A stretch of 51,282 nt of DNA from Bdellovibrionota bacterium (GTDB lineage Bacteria > Bdellovibrionota_C > UBA2361 > OMII01): NCBI GenBank assembly GCA_044356215.1, contig JBIKWQ010000013.1, positions 1 to 51,282 on the forward strand, in the 5' to 3' direction. Position numbers and translations under genes: made by a program. The notes beneath the pieces were generated by a model. It was not told where the DNA came from, searched no databases, and was given only the letters and a program-made list of their open reading frames with translations. This document shows positions 47,786 through 51,282 of this stretch, one piece after another. Every line of letters begins with the position of its first letter. Position 1 is the first letter of the stretch.

Positions 47786-48075
47786 GCGCCGGCTGGCTAT
47801 TACCCAAATCCTGGGAGATAAGTCTTCACAGCGAGGAATCAGGACAACAAGTAGGTAAAACCCTTTTCTGGCTCGTCGATCTCTTTTACTCTTTGTTTAA
47901 ATGAAAACCTCGGCGGATCCTTTTTATACAAAGAGAGCAGCGAGAGAAAAGAGGGGGAGGGAAAAGGTGCAGCGTAAGAGATGTGGAGCCATGCCTGTCA
48001 GGACTGAGCTAATTTCAAGATTGTTATCGACACATCTCCCCCCTCAACTACTACTTGTGGGTAATAGCAAGGCGC
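47786..48075 (+). ncRNA. Candidate ~290-nt multi-helix structured RNA / 5' leader (unidentified)
   Basis: Mutually compatible nested helices closed by GCTATTACCCA/TGGGTAATAGC plus GCGCC/GGCGC; no convincing ORF. Confidence 0.55.
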
Positions 48076-48085
48076 GGTGACCGGC

Positions 48086-48787
48086 ATGAATTTAGTCTTT
48101 ATTCCAGTATACAACGAAGAGGCCCATATCGAGGGGCTGCTGCAACGCTTGAGAGAGGTGTATCGAGGCGATGTCCTCTTTGTTGATGATGGGTCGTGCG
48201 ATAGATCCGGCGCTATACTAGAGGCCCTCACCGATCCGCATACACGAGTGATCCGACAGCCAGAGAATAGAGGCTATGGCGCGACTATTATCCGCGGCTT
48301 CGCGGAGGCGCGAAAAGCTGGCTATGAGTATCTAGTTACAATGGATTCTGACGGTCAACACAAACCCTCCTGGGTCCCAGATTTTCTAGACGCTGTTAGA
48401 TCCTGGGATGTCGTGTCGGGTAGTCGTTACCTAGCGGATAGCGATTCATCTGGTAAGGTTCCAGAAGATAGACACAAGATAAACCGCGAGATAACCGCGT
48501 TAATAAATCAGGTTACCGGATTTGGTTTGACTGACTCGTTCTGTGGGTTTAAAGCTTATCGAGTATCCGCCTTGGCGAAACTTAAGCTTGAAGAGTCGGG
48601 ATACTCGATGCCATTACAGTTCTGGATTCAGGCTAAGGCCCACGGGCTGCGGGTGACGGAGCTGCCAGTTTCTAGGATCTATGATGATCCAAATAGGCGC
48701 TTTGGTGGCGACTTAGATGATCCACAACTTAGATTGAATTACTATCTAGAGACGATTAAGAGGGAGCGGGAGAAGTGGAAGATATAG
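48086..48787 (+). CDS. Glycosyltransferase family 2 (DPM1-like, no TM segments)
   Basis: FIPVYNEE, VDDGS.D, N.GYG, MDSDGQH, V.GSRY, D..CGFKAYR. Confidence 0.9.
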   Translation: MNLVFIPVYNEEAHIEGLLQRLREVYRGDVLFVDDGSCDRSGAILEALTDPHTRVIRQPENRGYGATIIRGFAEARKAGYEYLVTMDSDGQHKPSWVPDFLDAVRSWDVVSGSRYLADSDSSGKVPEDRHKINREITALINQVTGFGLTDSFCGFKAYRVSALAKLKLEESGYSMPLQFWIQAKAHGLRVTELPVSRIYDDPNRRFGGDLDDPQLRLNYYLETIKREREKWKI

Positions 48788-49467
48788 CTCTTATAGTCGC
48801 CCCGCACCAGGATGACGCTGAGATCGGCATGGGTGGAACGATCGTGGCGCTCCGGCAAAGTGGAGTCAGGGTTGTTGTGCTCGATCTGAGTGACGGCGAG
48901 CCAACGCCCTATGGTTCACAAGAGATTCGGGCGAAAGAAACGAAAGCTGCTTCGGCGATCTTAGGGGTTCAGGAGCGAATCTTATTAGGTCTGAAAAATC
49001 GGGAGATATTGGATAATGTTGATAATCGAAAGAAGATCGCTGAGGTTATTCGCGGTGTAAAACCAACTATATTGTTCGCTCCTTACTGGCAGGACGCGCA
49101 CCCCGATCACGTCCAGTCCTCGGCATTAGTTGACGCCGCTCGATTTTATTCTAAATTCGTTAAAACCGATCTAGCAGGGGAGCCCTGGTATCCGAGGAGA
49201 GAGTTTTATTATTTCTCAACTCATCTGCGAGTTAAGATCGCACCATCCTTTATCTTTGATATATCGGATCACTTAGAGAGAAAGATCGAGTCTATTCGAG
49301 CTTACGAGAGCCAATTTGTTAAACATCCAAGTAACGCTAAAAGGATCGATGCTATCCGAACTGAGGCGCTTTATTGGGGTGGTGAGATCGGAGTGTTGGC
49401 GGGTGAGCCGTTTGTAAGCAAAGAGCAGATAAGACTAGCGTCAGTCGACGCGTTGTTTGGCGCTTAA
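48775..49467 (+). CDS. PIG-L/BshB1-family N-acetylglucosaminide deacetylase
   Basis: APHQDDAEIGMGGT, DLSDGE....G....R..E...A..ILG, D.HPDH, K...I.AY.SQF. Confidence 0.88.
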   Translation: MEDIALIVAPHQDDAEIGMGGTIVALRQSGVRVVVLDLSDGEPTPYGSQEIRAKETKAASAILGVQERILLGLKNREILDNVDNRKKIAEVIRGVKPTILFAPYWQDAHPDHVQSSALVDAARFYSKFVKTDLAGEPWYPRREFYYFSTHLRVKIAPSFIFDISDHLERKIESIRAYESQFVKHPSNAKRIDAIRTEALYWGGEIGVLAGEPFVSKEQIRLASVDALFGA

Positions 49468-49474
49468 AGGGTAG

Positions 49475-50977
49475 GTGCGTGACATGGTTGATATCTGCGA
49501 GCCTCCTTACGCAAATTGGCACGAGATTTTAAAAATTAACCTGGCGTCGCGAACGGAGAGGGAATTAGCCCTAGGCGCCCCCCGTTTTAAAGCTATTCGC
49601 GATCAGTTGCTCTCTAGAGCGATAAGCTACACCAAGAGTCTTGTCGATTTAGCGCGCGCTAAAGGTCTTACAGAGATCACGGCTCCCACGGAGAACCAGA
49701 CTCAGGTTGAAAAGATCGTTATGACTGGTCATCAGCCAGTTATTTATCATCCTGGACTCCTTTATAAATTAGAAGTTTCGCGAAGATTTAGTCGCGATAC
49801 CGGAGCTGTTCCGGTGCAAGTTGTGATCGATACCGATGAGGGAGACGCTGGAAGTATAAGTTGGCCACTTGTATCCGCAGGAAATTTAGAGATTAAGCGC
49901 GCTTCGATCGGTTCCGATGGGGGAACGGATTCTCTATATTCAGAGCAGCGTGTCGCCGACGGTGATACAGTGACGCGGGTCTTCGACCAGATAATAGAGG
50001 ATCTAAAAACTAGTGGATTAGAGCAGGTAGCGAGTCGCGTAGTGGAGGTTAAATCAGCTTACGTCGCGTTGGCTGGTGAGTCGCTAATCGCCGCTAACTC
50101 TATAGTTAGGTGGCTTTTTAGTGATACGGCGATGCTAGAGGTCCCATTATCAGAGCTATTAAAAGTAGATGAGTTTAAAGCCGTACTTGAGGGGTTTTAC
50201 TCAGACGCTCCAAGACTTGTAGAGACATACAATGCGACCCTAGATAGTTATCGCAAAGAGCATCGGATAAGTAACGCGGCTAATCCCTTTCCTAATATGA
50301 AGATCGATCAACGCGGAGCCGAGGTGCCGTTGTGGAGGATCCTAAAGGGGACAAGATCTCCAGTTTTCAATAAATCGGATCTCCCTTCGCCGGTGGAAGA
50401 TGACGGCGGTTTTTTAGCTACACGTGGGAGCCTTACGACATTGCTTCTTAGAGCGTACTGCAGTGACCTCTTCGTGCATGGTTTAGGTGGAGGAAAATAT
50501 GATCGTTTCGTTGAGCAGTTCGCTAAATCGTATCTAGGGGTGACGCTGCCCACGTTTGTAGTCGCCAGTAGAACTGTATCGCTATTTCCGGAGAAGGTCG
50601 CGAAGTTATCTAGAGAAGTTGAGTTAGCCTCGAATGTAAAGGAGATGACCTCGAAGACAGAGCTGTTTTTGGGGCAGGGGATCTTTACCGAAGAGGAAGA
50701 GAGACAGCTTAAGGGTATAATAACAAAGCGCGATGAATTGCGCCTAAAGTTGCAGGGGCCGATTGAAAGCGACCAGCGCAGTGTGGTGTCGCGTGAACTC
50801 AGTGAGGAGAATAGGAAGGCGCGAGGAATTATAGAGCAAGGGAGCCTAAAGCCGATTATCGCGAGTGCAGCGGCAAATGAGGCGTTGCTAGCAAGATGGA
50901 GCTTTCGGGAGTTTCCGTTTTTTTACCGTAACTACTCACCGGATTTTTTGGATCGTTGCATTTATAGCATCGCCTAA
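49475..50977 (+). CDS. Hypothetical protein, distantly BshC-like (putative amide ligase)
   Basis: MTGHQPVIYHPGLLYK, VIDTD, LFVHGLGGGKYD in positions analogous to BshC TGQQ..LY..K / EDHD / GGPGE..Y; C-terminal coiled coil; follows a bshB-like gene. Confidence 0.5.
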   Translation: MRDMVDICEPPYANWHEILKINLASRTERELALGAPRFKAIRDQLLSRAISYTKSLVDLARAKGLTEITAPTENQTQVEKIVMTGHQPVIYHPGLLYKLEVSRRFSRDTGAVPVQVVIDTDEGDAGSISWPLVSAGNLEIKRASIGSDGGTDSLYSEQRVADGDTVTRVFDQIIEDLKTSGLEQVASRVVEVKSAYVALAGESLIAANSIVRWLFSDTAMLEVPLSELLKVDEFKAVLEGFYSDAPRLVETYNATLDSYRKEHRISNAANPFPNMKIDQRGAEVPLWRILKGTRSPVFNKSDLPSPVEDDGGFLATRGSLTTLLLRAYCSDLFVHGLGGGKYDRFVEQFAKSYLGVTLPTFVVASRTVSLFPEKVAKLSREVELASNVKEMTSKTELFLGQGIFTEEEERQLKGIITKRDELRLKLQGPIESDQRSVVSRELSEENRKARGIIEQGSLKPIIASAAANEALLARWSFREFPFFYRNYSPDFLDRCIYSIA

Positions 50978-51148
50978 GCTGCCCCTTAATAGGGGCTAAC
51001 GTTATTGCGGCATAATTTGCTGAGTAGTCACTTTTTACCTTAGTTAGAACCGATTTAGTAATTGACCAGTTTAGCCTAGTTGTGTCGTGATATTAATAAG
51101 TTAGCAGTGATTCATAACCGGCATTAGGCTCTCCTTTTGAATCTTAGT

Positions 51149-51282
51149 TAGGGCTTCGCAGTGTTTTTGGTAAGCTGCTGAGACAATTAGTAAAATATTT
51201 TTTACCACAGAGGACGCAGAGGACACAGAGAAAACCCCATAATTGCCCATAAAATGGCCGTTCTCTGTGTCCTCTGCGTCCT
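51149..51282. mobile_element. Second copy of the 163-bp MITE-like element (cut by window end)
   Basis: Colinear with 17540-17673, 4 substitutions in 134 bp. Confidence 0.85.

Noticed and set aside
47786..48075. RNase P, SRP, tmRNA, T-box or retron msr-msd identity for the structured region
   Set aside because: Lacks GAGGAAAGUCC with its 3' partner, the SRP GGAAGGAAGCAG loop, tRNA-like ends and the T-box motif; no reverse transcriptase is adjacent

Overview
Bacterial chromosomal segment of roughly 50% GC (estimated by eye). Gene content (flgFGAHIJMNKL with sigma54 promoters, large NAD-GDH, oleA/BC/D) suggests a Deltaproteobacteria/Bdellovibrionota-like lineage (inference only). It contains housekeeping genes (yaeQ, ECF sigma, yggX, proC, gdh, serA-like, psd, selO, hemF, sufU-like) and a fliS-linked putative flagellin glycosylation/methylation locus. 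It also carries an olefin biosynthesis operon with an oleB-oleC fusion, a decayed accessory hotspot (PIN remnant, DoxX/DUF2071/methyltransferase cassette, internally deleted fic) and a flagellar rod/ring/hook-junction operon. Two families of palindromic MITE-like repeats are present, one repeatedly abutting stop codons. The top candidates for something undescribed sit together at the right end. The first is a ~290-nt promoter-preceded, multi-helix RNA-like structure (47786-48075). The second, directly downstream, is a three-gene operon (GT2 + BshB/PIG-L deacetylase + divergent BshC-like protein) resembling bacillithiol synthesis but with a GT2 in place of BshA. No rRNA, tRNA, CRISPR array or intact transposase was recognised. 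All protein calls come from motif recognition by eye, not database searches.
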